From positions 1 through 31,384 of the IMG/VR virus record IMGVR_UViG_3300048606_000134: a DNA stretch of 31,384 nucleotides. The stretch is one strand, 5' to 3'. The notes beneath the pieces were generated by a model. The model searched no databases. It was not told where the DNA came from and saw only the letters and a list, made by a program, of their open reading frames with translations. Numbering within the stretch: position 1 is the first letter of the stretch; every line of letters begins with the position of its first letter. Made by a program: the position numbers and the translations under genes. The DNA is from a virus (Duplodnaviria; Caudoviricetes). Shown here piece after piece: positions 1 to 9,759 of this stretch.

Positions 1-2044
1 CAATGACAAAGCCAATTTGCTTTGCAAGATTGGCAACATCCTTTGGCATATGTGTCAACCAATCATTTAGCCAATCCCCATCTTCACGGATCGCTTCAAA
101 ATATTTTGAAACAGCATCACCGCCACCCAAAAAGCCTGTGAGTGAATCAATAATGGATGCGCCCATGCTTGAAGCAGCTTGTGAAATTTCATTGATGCTG
201 CGCTTCAGCCCAATTTCCATTCCTTCACCTGTGTTTTCACCCATTTCAATCATCACTTTTGATGGGCTTCCAAGCTTCAAAATTCCACCAATTTTTTTGG
301 CAATCCCATTGGCAATATCGCCTGCCGCCCTTGCCACATCGCCTGCTTTTTTTGTAATCCCATCAATCAAACCTTGGATGATGTCTTTTCCTATTTGCAG
401 CAATTTTTTGTCTACCCCTTTTAGGGCATCAACAATTGCAAGAATAATTGTTTCAAGCGCTTGATCAATATCAGGCAGCGCTTTAATCAGCCCTTTCACC
501 AAAGCAATGATCAATTTCACACCTGCATCAATTATTTGTGGCAGGTGCTTCAGCAATTCTGTTGATACCAAAACAATTAATTGCAAAGCCATATCAATCA
601 ACATTGGCAGCATTTCAATAATTCCATTCACTAGAGCAATGATTAAAGATACACCTGCTGAAATAATTAAAGGCAGATTTTGTTGCAATATTGCCATCAC
701 CATTGGCATCAATTGTTGGATCTGCGCAATTAATTGTGGCAGCATTTGGATGATTCCTGTGATTAATTGCATCAAGATCTGCATGCCTGTTGAAATAATC
801 AAAGGCAGATTTTCAACAATCGCTTGCACTATGGTTGTTATCATTTGCAAGCCTGATCCAAATAAAGTAGGCAGCAAAGCAACAATTCCTGCTGCAATTG
901 AATCAAAACTGCTTACCAAATTGATATTTTCAATGCTCCATTCAGCAATTTTGGTCAATAAATTTGTCACAATTGTTGCCAAAGGTGTCAACAATATGCC
1001 CAATTCTGCAAGCGCCATTTGTAGATTGATCTGTGCTTCCTGTTGCGCCACCAATTCAGCATTCATTTTGTTGAATCCTTCAGCAGCACTTGAAAGCCCA
1101 AGATCGGACATTGTTTGCAGCATGAAATCTGTCTGTGTTCCATTGGCTGTTGCTGTTGCCAAACCTGCATTGAAGGTGTCAAGGTTCACACCTGATCTTT
1201 CAAGCAGTTCACCAAACATCCCAACAGCTTTTCCTGTTGCAAAAGTTTCTTGAATGCCATCCGCAATTCCTTCAGTGTTCAAAGTATCTGCGAATTTAAT
1301 AGCTGCACCATTTACATGATCAATTGCCTGTGAAAGCTGTTCATCATCAAATCCTGTTTGCATTAATTGCCCAAGCGTTTCAACCGCACTATCTGTTTCC
1401 TGTGATACGGCTGCAATTTTCTTGAATCCTTCTTCAACCCTTGAAACATCAAAGCCTTCATTGAAAGCATTGAACCTTAATTTTGCCAAATCTTTGTTCA
1501 AATCTTGTGTGCCTACAACCAAACCGCCAATGCCTGCTGCGCCTGCTGCTGCACCTGCTGCAAGCCCTTTGCCTGCTGCACCCATTGCACCGCCCATTTT
1601 TTTCAGGGCTGCTGTTGCCTGTCCTGCTTCTCTTTCAATCTTATCTATTTCATCCGCTACTTGTTCAGGTGCATTGGAATCATCAAGATCATCAATTCTT
1701 CTTCTTAAATTTTGAAGGAATCCTTCAGTTGATTGCACTTCCCTTTGAAAAGCACGATACTGTTCCGCCCCAATATCGCCCCTTTCAAATTGGGCTTGCA
1801 CTTGTGCTTCAGCAATGCGCAATCTTCTTAGCTTTTCTTCAGTACTTTGCACCTGATCGCCCAAAATCTGCTGCTGCTGCGCCAATAATTCTGTGTTTGT
1901 TGGATCAAATTTCAAAAGCCTTTGGACATCTTTCAATTCTCTTTGCAAAGAAAAGGTTGTGCTGTTCACATCCTTCAATGCCTTGCTTAATCCCTGTGTA
2001 TCGCCACCGATTTCAACCGTGATTCCTTTGATTCTATCCGCCAA
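1..2044 (-). CDS. Tape measure protein, 5' part (runs off the left edge)
   Basis: Not in the ORF track because there is no stop in the window. Hand translation from TTG at 2044 (SD GGCGGTG at 2051-2057) gives MADRIKGITVEIGGDTQGLSKALKDVN..., a typical Firmicutes siphophage TMP N-terminus, then amphipathic repeats (LPLIISTGMQILMQLITGII) and SPSKVM. It lies directly after the tail chaperone. Confidence 0.93.
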   Translation of the reverse strand, partial: MADRIKGITVEIGGDTQGLSKALKDVNSTTFSLQRELKDVQRLLKFDPTNTELLAQQQQILGDQVQSTEEKLRRLRIAEAQVQAQFERGDIGAEQYRAFQREVQSTEGFLQNLRRRIDDLDDSNAPEQVADEIDKIEREAGQATAALKKMGGAMGAAGKGLAAGAAAGAAGIGGLVVGTQDLNKDLAKLRFNAFNEGFDVSRVEEGFKKIAAVSQETDSAVETLGQLMQTGFDDEQLSQAIDHVNGAAIKFADTLNTEGIADGIQETFATGKAVGMFGELLERSGVNLDTFNAGLATATANGTQTDFMLQTMSDLGLSSAAEGFNKMNAELVAQQEAQINLQMALAELGILLTPLATIVTNLLTKIAEWSIENINLVSSFDSIAAGIVALLPTLFGSGLQMITTIVQAIVENLPLIISTGMQILMQLITGIIQMLPQLIAQIQQLMPMVMAILQQNLPLIISAGVSLIIALVNGIIEMLPMLIDMALQLIVLVSTELLKHLPQIIDAGVKLIIALVKGLIKALPDIDQALETIILAIVDALKGVDKKLLQIGKDIIQGLIDGITKKAGDVARAAGDIANGIAKKIGGILKLGSPSKVMIEMGENTGEGMEIGLKRSINEISQAASSMGASIIDSLTGFLGGGDAVSKYFEAIREDGDWLNDWLTHMPKDVANLAKQIGFVI

Positions 2045-2057
2045 TTATTTCACCGCC

Positions 2058-2258
2058 TTAAAAAGCATCAAAATCAGCTTGGGATGCCCTGCGTTTTCTT
2101 TCTTTTTTGGGCTTTTGTTGATCAATATATTCTTGGATGTAATCAAGCACCATGCCCACCGTTAAAAGATTCAGATCTTCAAGGCGCAATCCTGCCTGAT
2201 ATGCAAGCACTTGGAACATTTCACAATTCAGCGGTTCAGGTTCTTCATTTGTTATTAG
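2058..2258 (-). CDS. Tail assembly chaperone C-terminal extension (gpGT-like), reached by -1 frameshift
   Basis: The -1 frame after the A9C run reads LITNEEPEPLNCEMFQVLAYQAGLRLEDLNLLTVGMVLDYIQEYIDQQKPKKKRKRRASQADFDAF*, ending just before the TMP SD. Confidence 0.8.
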   Translation of the reverse strand, partial: LITNEEPEPLNCEMFQVLAYQAGLRLEDLNLLTVGMVLDYIQEYIDQQKPKKERKRRASQADFDAF

Positions 2259-2605
2259 TTTTTTTTTGTAGTTTGAAAGGATGCAAGCATCAGATCTTGC
2301 AATTCAGGAATCACAACAGCCATCGGGAATTCATCAAATTGTTCCAACCATTCCAAAGGTTCAGGAATAGTTGGATCTGCTGTTTTTGCCATGATCCAAG
2401 ATATATTATAAAAAACTTCAAAATCAAGATGTTGCATATCTTCAGCCGTGATTCCTTTTGCATCCCCCTGAAGCTTTTGCAGCGGTGCAAGCTTCAGGAT
2501 TTCTTTGAAATAATCTTTTCCAAATTGCGCTTTATATCGCAAAGGTGTTGCACCGTTCGTTTTGAATCGCACTTTTTTGCCATCTATTTCAATCGTTTTT
2601 TCCAT
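2255..2605 (-). CDS. Tail assembly chaperone (gpG-like)
   Basis: 116 aa, MEKTIEIDGKKVRFK..., between major tail and TMP; ends ACA AAA AAA AAC TAA (slippery). Confidence 0.85.
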   Translation of the reverse strand: MEKTIEIDGKKVRFKTNGATPLRYKAQFGKDYFKEILKLAPLQKLQGDAKGITAEDMQHLDFEVFYNISWIMAKTADPTIPEPLEWLEQFDEFPMAVVIPELQDLMLASFQTTKKN

Positions 2606-2622
2606 TCATACCATCCTTTTTT

Positions 2623-3195
2623 TTAAACAACAGCAGGGCTATAAACTGCCGTGTACCATGTATCATAAATATTAGCAGGTGTATCACCTGTTGTTGAACG
2701 CTTCACAATTCCGTCACTTGGTCTGGCTGCTGCAACCATTGTCAATTCCTGCGGCTGCGGTTCTGCTGTTTCTGTTTTGGTTGCTGAAGTCAAAGAAGGT
2801 CTTGTCACTGTGACATTATAAAGGATGTGTCGCACCCCTTTGATATCGCCATCAAATTCAAACATGAAAGCAATTTTCTTGTTTTTTTGCAAAGTTGATT
2901 CTGTCAAAACATTGTCAGTTGCTTCAAGCGTTTCACCTAAAACATCAATTCTAAATTCTTTTGGAATATTTGCAATCGTCAAGGTTGCTTCATATCCTGC
3001 ATTTGAAACAGTCGTGTAATAAAGAGTATCATCCGCATAGAAATCAGATGTTTCGCCCTTTGGTTCAAGGGATATTTCTGTTGCCCCTTTGATCGGAATT
3101 GGTGCAGCATATGTGTGAACACCTTCTTCATCTTCAGTAATCACCGCATAATGACAGTTTTTTAAACCATAAACAATTTTATTTTCAGGCATCAA
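2623..3195 (-). CDS. Major tail protein (phi13-like family)
   Basis: NKIVYGLKNCHYA, FYADD, FMFEFDGD motifs; expected position. Confidence 0.92.
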   Translation of the reverse strand: MMPENKIVYGLKNCHYAVITEDEEGVHTYAAPIPIKGATEISLEPKGETSDFYADDTLYYTTVSNAGYEATLTIANIPKEFRIDVLGETLEATDNVLTESTLQKNKKIAFMFEFDGDIKGVRHILYNVTVTRPSLTSATKTETAEPQPQELTMVAAARPSDGIVKRSTTGDTPANIYDTWYTAVYSPAVV

Positions 3196-3521
3196 AACAA
3201 CCTCATTTCATATATTTTTTGATGTAATTGTTCACTTTCAATCCAAGCTTCACTTGAAGAAAAAGGGATTTCATTTTCATTCAGAACCGCTTCAACAATT
3301 GCTTCAGCATCCAAATCTTTTTTGTTTGTATATAGTTCAATTTGCGCATTTTCAATAGGAATATGCACTTTGTTATCCGCCATAAAGTGTGATGAAAAAG
3401 TGATTATATAAATAAGAAAAGGCGGTGCAGGTAAAGGATCATTTTCTGTCTTTGTAAAATGCGAATAAGCAACAGGAAATCCTGTTGCTTCAAGAATAGT
3501 TTTCAATTCATAAAGGTTCAT
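3192..3521 (-). CDS. Tail terminator / tail completion protein
   Basis: 109 aa; LEATGFPVAYSHF, ADNKVH, IELYTNKKD, WIESE; position before MTP. Confidence 0.8.
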   Translation of the reverse strand: MNLYELKTILEATGFPVAYSHFTKTENDPLPAPPFLIYIITFSSHFMADNKVHIPIENAQIELYTNKKDLDAEAIVEAVLNENEIPFSSSEAWIESEQLHQKIYEMRLF

Positions 3522-3880
3522 TGTTCAATTGCCCTTTCAACATCTTTCAGAAAGTTGCGCACGGCTGTTTCTTCAGCAGGTCGGATGTGTGGCTTTTCCT
3601 GTGTTCTATCTGCACCATCCCTTGTGACATGCCCATGTTCCAAAAGATGTGTGAGTTGATAATCTGTCTTATTATGGATCACTAGCCTTTTTGATGTGCG
3701 TTTGATCCGCCATCCTTTTGCATAATCGCCACTTTTTCCTATTGGGCTGTTCATTTTGATTGCCTTCAGGCACGCTTTTGCATTTTCTTCTTTTGCAGCA
3801 TCCACTTTTTCAGAAACATTTCTTGCATAATATTGAAGCTGCTTCAAGATTTCTTGTGCTACACCTTCAATTTCTGTCAT
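3518..3880 (-). CDS. HK97 gp10-like neck/tail completion protein
   Basis: SPIGKSGDYAKGW, YQLTHLLEHGH, PHIRPA. The start is probably ATG 3880 (MTEIEGVAQEI), not 4006. Confidence 0.85.
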   Translation of the reverse strand: MTEIEGVAQEILKQLQYYARNVSEKVDAAKEENAKACLKAIKMNSPIGKSGDYAKGWRIKRTSKRLVIHNKTDYQLTHLLEHGHVTRDGADRTQEKPHIRPAEETAVRNFLKDVERAIEQ

Positions 3881-4220
3881 TTCCAACATCCACTTCACAA
3901 TAGATTTCTGTAAAGCCATCAATCCGCATAAATGATTTATATATAGTGAACCGCTTCCCATAATAATCAACATATTTTTCATCATCATAGGAATCAGAAT
4001 CAACAATCAAAAGCATATCAGGCTTGAATCCAAGCTGCCCTGCTGTTGAATGTTCAGCCCTTGTGATTGAAAGCTTACTGCAAAAAACCAAATAATATTT
4101 GTTTTCAAGGATCGGCTGCCCCAATGCATCTTTGCCTGTTGTCACTTGTGAAATCAAAGTACAAACATCATCAAGGCTGATCATTTTGGGATTGCCAATA
4201 TTAGATTTCATTGATGGCAT
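3867..4220 (-). CDS. Head closure protein (SPP1 gp16-like)
   Basis: VFCSKLSITRAEH..AGQLGFKPD, YYGKRFTIYKSF; neck position. Start is 4220 or 4184. Confidence 0.8.
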   Translation of the reverse strand: MPSMKSNIGNPKMISLDDVCTLISQVTTGKDALGQPILENKYYLVFCSKLSITRAEHSTAGQLGFKPDMLLIVDSDSYDDEKYVDYYGKRFTIYKSFMRIDGFTEIYCEVDVGNDRN

Positions 4221-4488
4221 TTTGCTTTGCAATCCTTTCTTGAATGATTCTGTTGCGCATCCTGTGTTGAATATTATTTGCAATGGGCAGATCTTCTTGG
4301 CGCTTTCGATATGTCCAAGCAGCATAATCAACAATCAGCATTTGATCATCCGCTTTGGTTTTGTCAAGTGTGATGCCCCTGCGTTCAATTTCTTGGATGC
4401 TGCTTTGAATTAATTGAATGAAAAAAGCATCCCTCAAATTGTGAGTGATGCCCATATCAATCTTGAAAAGGTTCAAAAGTGTTTCCAT
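4201..4488 (-). CDS. Head-tail connector (gp6/gp15-like)
   Basis: METLLNLFKIDMGITHNLRD..., DDQMLIVDYAAWTYRKR; start ATG 4488. Confidence 0.85.
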   Translation of the reverse strand: METLLNLFKIDMGITHNLRDAFFIQLIQSSIQEIERRGITLDKTKADDQMLIVDYAAWTYRKRQEDLPIANNIQHRMRNRIIQERIAKQNAINEI

Positions 4489-4489
4489 A

Positions 4490-4909
4490 TCAATCAGCCT
4501 TTTTTGCTTTTGCCTTTGCCTTTGCATCAATAGATTGCTGCATTGTTTGATGATCTTCTTGTGCTTTCATTTGCGCTTGGGATTGTGCGCCTGATTGCAT
4601 ATGTTGTTCAAGATGTTGCTGCCCACTTTGCACATCCACTTGTTTCACGGCTGCATTTGTTTGTTGATTCATTGTTGCTGCATTCTGCGCTGTTTGCCCT
4701 GCTTGAACAGCTTCACTTGAATTGTCATGATGTGCTTGAATGCCTGTTTGCGTATTCTGTTTATTGAAAGCTTCTTCAGCAGCTTGGGCTTCTTTCACTT
4801 TTACTTCCTGCCCATTTATCACCGTTTTTGCTTCAGCATATTTTGCAGCAGCTTGATTTTTTTGGCTCGCTTGATTAGTCGCTTGATTAGTTGCTTGATT
4901 TTCATTCAT
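4490..4909 (-). CDS. Gln/Ala/Asn-rich hydrophilic hypothetical protein
   Basis: SD AAGGAG about 9 nt before ATG 4909; fills the gap between capsid and connector; NQAT repeats at the N-terminus. Confidence 0.75.
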   Translation of the reverse strand: MNENQATNQATNQASQKNQAAAKYAEAKTVINGQEVKVKEAQAAEEAFNKQNTQTGIQAHHDNSSEAVQAGQTAQNAATMNQQTNAAVKQVDVQSGQQHLEQHMQSGAQSQAQMKAQEDHQTMQQSIDAKAKAKAKKAD

Positions 4910-4954
4910 TTTTTCATTCTCCTTTTGATTCATTATTTTGTTTCAAAATTTATA

Positions 4955-6220
4955 TTAAACAGCAGGTGTGATTGTTATAAGCACAAAAGCTTCAGGTTGT
5001 GTGGGCTTGCCATCGAATCTTCCTTTGCCCCTGAAAGCCATTTGATCTTCAACAAAGCGCACATGCTCGCTGTTGTCAATTGCAATGTTTTCACGTTCAA
5101 CCAAAGTATATTTGTCAAATTCACCATATAAAACTTGATCCGCTGCCATGCTATTGTTGAAAGTAACAGGGATTCCAAGGATGTCAGGTGTTGTCAAGTT
5201 CGGCAATCTGCCAATAGTTTCACCTGCTGCATTCACATTGATGGACATTTCAAGGAAATAAGCATAATAAGTTGAACGCTTCATAACCGCACGAATTTCC
5301 CCAACATTATCTTCACCTGTGTCAATCAATCCTATTGGCTTCACATATTCAGCAATCGTTGAATCATCAGGCACGCTTACTTGATTCCCAACAGGAATAG
5401 AAGGGATGATGCCTGTGGGCTGTTTGCCTGCTGCACCTGTTCCATTCAGGATGGCAATATCAAGCGCCAATCCAATTGCCCTTGCAATCTTCTTTGAAAC
5501 ATATTCATCAAGATTAATCACGCTATCTTGTAATAAATAGTTATCAACAAAAGTGACTTTTCCAACCTTGAAGCCATCAAAATCTAAATATGCAAGTGTT
5601 CCAACATCACCAATTGGAAGTGATGCATTTTGTTCAACCCAAGATGCAGGTGTTGTGTCTGTATCAATCAGGATGCGTGCCGTTCCTTTTACTTGGATTC
5701 TGTCAACAATAGGATACAATGTTGAATAATCGCCCAAGATATCCATGATCCTTGAAACAATTACTTCAGGGATTGCAAGTTCGCCACCTGTCACGGCACG
5801 CAAGTTTTTAAATTGTTGATAGAATTCTTGGACATCTGAGCGCTTGAAATATTCGCCTGTTTTTAATAATTCCCTCACTTGCAATCTGTTCATGCTTTCA
5901 CTTTCTCCTTTGCTGCGTGATTGTTGCTTGCTAGTTGCTGAAGCTTTTGCAGATCTTTCTTTTACATCATCAAGTTCTGTTTCAAGTTCTGTGATTTCTG
6001 CTTCAATTGTTTTCTTTTCAACTTCAATTCCATCTTGTTCTTTTTCAATTTCTGTGATTTCAGCTTCAACCGTTTTGATGTCTTCTTCAGTTTTTGCTTC
6101 TTCAAGTGCTGCTGCTGCATCTTCAGATCTTTTTAAAATGGCAGCCGCTTTTGTTTCAACTTCTTTCAATTTGCTTCTTTTGATTTCAAGTTGCTTTGAA
6201 ATTTTTAATTGTTTCAACAT
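4955..6220 (-). CDS. Major capsid protein, HK97 fold with N-terminal coiled-coil delta domain
   Basis: Charged coiled-coil N-terminus; GGELAIPE, LLQDSVINL, AILNGTG..QPTGII, ILGIPV, GRFDGKP..PEAFV. Confidence 0.96.
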   Translation of the reverse strand: MLKQLKISKQLEIKRSKLKEVETKAAAILKRSEDAAAALEEAKTEEDIKTVEAEITEIEKEQDGIEVEKKTIEAEITELETELDDVKERSAKASATSKQQSRSKGESESMNRLQVRELLKTGEYFKRSDVQEFYQQFKNLRAVTGGELAIPEVIVSRIMDILGDYSTLYPIVDRIQVKGTARILIDTDTTPASWVEQNASLPIGDVGTLAYLDFDGFKVGKVTFVDNYLLQDSVINLDEYVSKKIARAIGLALDIAILNGTGAAGKQPTGIIPSIPVGNQVSVPDDSTIAEYVKPIGLIDTGEDNVGEIRAVMKRSTYYAYFLEMSINVNAAGETIGRLPNLTTPDILGIPVTFNNSMAADQVLYGEFDKYTLVERENIAIDNSEHVRFVEDQMAFRGKGRFDGKPTQPEAFVLITITPAV

Positions 6221-6224
6221 AGTT

Positions 6225-6806
6225 TTATTTCAATCCCTTCAATCTTTTTGATAGCGCATCTTTTTTTTCTTGCAGCTTCCTTGTTTCAATCTGTTCAATC
6301 TGCTTGCTGCGTGCATGCACTGTTGTGTTTTCATAAGCAGGGAAGGTGACAACAGATATTTCATGTAAATCAATATCTTTCATCCGCCATCTATAACCGC
6401 CATTTGAAAGTTCTTCAAGATCTTCATCCAAGATATTGAAGCCAAAGCTGCACTGATCTATGTCACCACGCTTAACCAATTCATAAAGATCTTCAGCATA
6501 TTGTGTCTTTGGCAGCTTGATTGTGCCAAACAATCCTTTTTCATCTGCCCTTAGCTGCAAAGATCCATTCTTGCTGCGCCCCAAAACATATTGTGTATTG
6601 TGATTCCATAACGCTCTAACATCATTCTTTATAGTGTTGTCAAAAGCGCCCCGTGATATGATTTCATAAGTATTTTTAAACAGTTCTGTTTCTTGCTCAT
6701 ATAATGCAAAGTATCCTTCAATCACATTTTCTGCATCATCTGCTTCAGCCCTTGTGATTGTAAACTTTGTTTTGAAATCACGAATTGCTTTTTCACGCTT
6801 TTCCAC
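6225..6806 (-). CDS. HK97-family prohead protease
   Basis: IEGYFALY, ALWNH, LGRS, CSFGF, LHEISVVTFPAY. Probable GTG start at 6806 after SD GAAAGGTGGTG. Confidence 0.94.
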   Translation of the reverse strand: MEKREKAIRDFKTKFTITRAEADDAENVIEGYFALYEQETELFKNTYEIISRGAFDNTIKNDVRALWNHNTQYVLGRSKNGSLQLRADEKGLFGTIKLPKTQYAEDLYELVKRGDIDQCSFGFNILDEDLEELSNGGYRWRMKDIDLHEISVVTFPAYENTTVHARSKQIEQIETRKLQEKKDALSKRLKGLK

Positions 6807-7998
6807 CTGATTCATCACCACCTTTCAAGCCGCTGCCATTGTCAAGTTTTTTCTGCTTCCCAACATCAGCAACAGGAATATAATTTTCAAGAACAACATA
6901 TTCATCCAAGCCATCAACAGGGCTGTAATCAAAAGCATTGCGCCCTTCATTGCGGTTTATTAATCCACCGCCCACCATTTCTTTCACATGACTTGTCAAT
7001 TCGCCCAAGTCATATTGCATCAAAGATTTTGCATTAAATCTGAAATACCATGTGGGCTTGTATACTAATTTTTTAGTCAATTCCTGTTCAATGGATTTTG
7101 CAATTGGCATGATCACGGATGATATAAAATTGTTGTATTCATCTTTGTTGAAAGATCCAACCCCAACCATGAAAGCAGGGATGCCAAAAGCAGATGCCAC
7201 CGCTTTTTTGTCAAGTTCAATTGATTCTTGAATTGCAAGATCTTGCAGGCTTAATGGTCTAACTTCTTTCACTTCAATTTCTGAAGCTGGCACAATCCAA
7301 GGTTCACCATTGTCTGTATCGCCCACATAACTATTCAAGATCTTTTCACGTTCTTCTTTCACTTGCATGCCTTCAGCATCAGATTCAACTTTGATAATTA
7401 AAGAAGGTCGCCATTTTGATTGCAAAAATCCTGTCTTTGTTGTATTCGCTTGAACGATATTTGCAATCGTATCTTTCACAATTGGGATGAATCCCTGCCC
7501 TTTGAATGGCAGATTATCATCAGGAATCAAAGCAAAGTGCAGCACTTCATCAGGTTCAAAAAGCTGCAATTTATATTGGATCTGATAGCTGTTAAAATCG
7601 CCCCTGAAGCTTACCCCATTTATATCCCAAATTGAAAGATTATTAAGCAGCCCATTTTCTTCAGATGGCATCACAACCGCATTGCCGTGAATCAACATAT
7701 CAGCCACAATTTTATATATAAAATTCTTTCTAGTCATATATAAATTGGGATATACATCAATCTGTTTTGATAGTTCATTTTTCAATCTGATATCCCCATC
7801 AAGGCTGTTTTCCATTAGCATGATTGTCATGCTGCTTACCAAATCTGCAATCTTGTGAATACATTTTTTTACTTCTTCATTTTTTGTAATTGGCATATAG
7901 CCATTGGGCAAAAGAATGTTCTTTGCTTCATCGCCATTCAGCCAAAAAGCAACAGGTGTTTCTTGCCGCTTTTGCATTTTTTTGCGCATTCCAAACAA
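6793..7998 (-). CDS. Portal protein, HK97 family
   Basis: CIHKIADLVSSM, HGNA, VASAFGIPAFMVG, IEQELTKKL, NRNEGR; SD GAAAGGCGGTG. Confidence 0.95.
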   Translation of the reverse strand: MFGMRKKMQKRQETPVAFWLNGDEAKNILLPNGYMPITKNEEVKKCIHKIADLVSSMTIMLMENSLDGDIRLKNELSKQIDVYPNLYMTRKNFIYKIVADMLIHGNAVVMPSEENGLLNNLSIWDINGVSFRGDFNSYQIQYKLQLFEPDEVLHFALIPDDNLPFKGQGFIPIVKDTIANIVQANTTKTGFLQSKWRPSLIIKVESDAEGMQVKEEREKILNSYVGDTDNGEPWIVPASEIEVKEVRPLSLQDLAIQESIELDKKAVASAFGIPAFMVGVGSFNKDEYNNFISSVIMPIAKSIEQELTKKLVYKPTWYFRFNAKSLMQYDLGELTSHVKEMVGGGLINRNEGRNAFDYSPVDGLDEYVVLENYIPVADVGKQKKLDNGSGLKGGDESGGKA

Positions 7999-8019
7999 AT
8001 ATTTTCACCGCCTTTCAAA

Positions 8020-9759
8020 TCAAAACCATGTGTTGAATTTTTTGTTTTTATCTCTTGCAATAATTGCTTGTTTAACCGCAACAACAGTTGCATCAAAAAG
8101 ATCTATCCTGAAGTTTTCAGCAACCTTTGAAAAGCGCACACGTTCTTCAGCATCTTCATTGGCTTTCACATTGGCAATGCAATATTCAAAAGCTTTGCTT
8201 GAAAGGAAGGTGAACTGTTTGGCTTTTATTTTGCGTTCAATTTCCCTGAAGGCTTCAGATTTTTTCCAATATTGCTGCCCTGCTTCTTCCATTTTAAATT
8301 TCTGCTTTTCCATGCTGCGCACAAAATCACGGCTGTTGTATTTATCAAAAGCAACCGCCTTGATTTTGAAGCCCTGATCACGTTTATTTTTAAACCATTT
8401 CACGACTTCTTCATAATCAACTAATTCACTGTTTGTCATTGAAAGCCATCCTTTATCCATCCACCAAAAGAAAGGGATGTTGTCTTCATCCGCTTTGGCT
8501 TTCGCCTGTGTGATTGGGATGAATCCGTGCGTGATGGTAATATCTATTTCTTCATATCGCCCATAAATTGCTGCGCCTGTTAAATCAAACATCTTTGAAA
8601 GATCCGCACCGCCAAACCATTCAATCTTCAGCTTTGCAAGATCTTCAATTGTTACTTCTTTTTCAGGCGCAATTTTTAATTTCGCCTTTAATGCTTTCAG
8701 GGCTTGTTCATCACTGTATTGGATTTCGCCTATATCAAAGTATGCGCTCATAGTATTTGTGTAAATGTTCAAAGATTTATTTAAAAATTCGCTGCGTGCG
8801 CTCGGATCATTTTGCGCCTGCATTGCTTCTGCCATTATGTCTTGTGGTCTGATTGTCACACCATAATTGGGATTGGCTTTTTCATGTTCAATTGGATTGG
8901 TGTAATCATCAGGATCATCTGCTTTGGTTATAAAAATAAAATATTGTTCATCTTCAATTTCCTTGCTTAATATCTTTTGGCAATAGGTCAAGCGCTGAAA
9001 GCAGAAAGATGTCATGCTGCTGCCTGCTGTCGTGATTCCAATCAGCAGCTTATTCATATAGGCTTTCATTGCTTGCTTGTAAACAAAATAATCATTAGCA
9101 CTTTTATAGGCATGAATTTCATCAAGAATAAAAATATTCCCATTCAAGCCATCCGCCTTTTTTGAATCGGCTGCAAGTGCTTGAATTTTGATTGCGCCTG
9201 TCCTATTCCCTTCAGCATCTTGAAAGGATCTTTGAATGCTGTGTTCACTGTTGTTGTCAAGCACCCTGAAATTTTTTCTTTCACCCATTGCATCAAGATT
9301 TTCAAGAACATTGTTGAAAGCTTCAAGCGCCCTGTCCAATTTGGTTGCCACAATATAAACAACCGCATACTGATTTCTTTCCAACAGTGAAAGCGCCCAA
9401 GCAACCGCTGAAGCAAAAAAGGTTTTGCTGTTTTTTCTTGGCAGAAAGATGAAAGCTTCTTTGTATTTTCTTTCGTTTGTTCCTGAAATATAAATGGCAG
9501 CTACATTGTAAACAATGAACCGCTGCCAATCTTCAAGAATATATGGTTTTCCTTTTGCCGTTCCTTTGATATGCACAAAAGTTTTTTCAATAATGCCAAT
9601 ACAAAATTCAGCATCCTTGTGCTTGATTTCGTATCTTGGATCTTGCAGATCTTCAAGGAATCTTTGCGCTGCTTGGATCAATTCTTTGCAGGCAATCCTT
9701 TTACCCTCCACAATATCATTGGCATATTTCAAAACTATTTTAAAATTTTTATGTTCCAA
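8020..9759 (-). CDS. terL: Terminase large subunit
   Basis: LEDWQRF, Walker A PRKNSKT, Walker B FILDEIH, ITTAG, KANPNYG, GADLS, RIDLFDA. Confidence 0.96.
   Translation of the reverse strand: MEHKNFKIVLKYANDIVEGKRIACKELIQAAQRFLEDLQDPRYEIKHKDAEFCIGIIEKTFVHIKGTAKGKPYILEDWQRFIVYNVAAIYISGTNERKYKEAFIFLPRKNSKTFFASAVAWALSLLERNQYAVVYIVATKLDRALEAFNNVLENLDAMGERKNFRVLDNNSEHSIQRSFQDAEGNRTGAIKIQALAADSKKADGLNGNIFILDEIHAYKSANDYFVYKQAMKAYMNKLLIGITTAGSSMTSFCFQRLTYCQKILSKEIEDEQYFIFITKADDPDDYTNPIEHEKANPNYGVTIRPQDIMAEAMQAQNDPSARSEFLNKSLNIYTNTMSAYFDIGEIQYSDEQALKALKAKLKIAPEKEVTIEDLAKLKIEWFGGADLSKMFDLTGAAIYGRYEEIDITITHGFIPITQAKAKADEDNIPFFWWMDKGWLSMTNSELVDYEEVVKWFKNKRDQGFKIKAVAFDKYNSRDFVRSMEKQKFKMEEAGQQYWKKSEAFREIERKIKAKQFTFLSSKAFEYCIANVKANEDAEERVRFSKVAENFRIDLFDATVVAVKQAIIARDKNKKFNTWF

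Noticed and set aside
3-2626. Long plus-strand ORFs (3-464, 507-1253, 1483-2022, 2084-2626)
   Set aside because: They are antisense shadows of the TMP and chaperone, with no SD sites or motifs. The same applies to the other plus-strand ORFs in the track.
4490-4909. Calling the Q-rich protein SspE
   Set aside because: Only the composition is similar; the EFASET motif and SspE repeat are missing.
9420-9445. TerL Walker A reads RKNSKT rather than RKNGKT
   Set aside because: All other motifs are intact; probably a tolerated variant, not inactivation.
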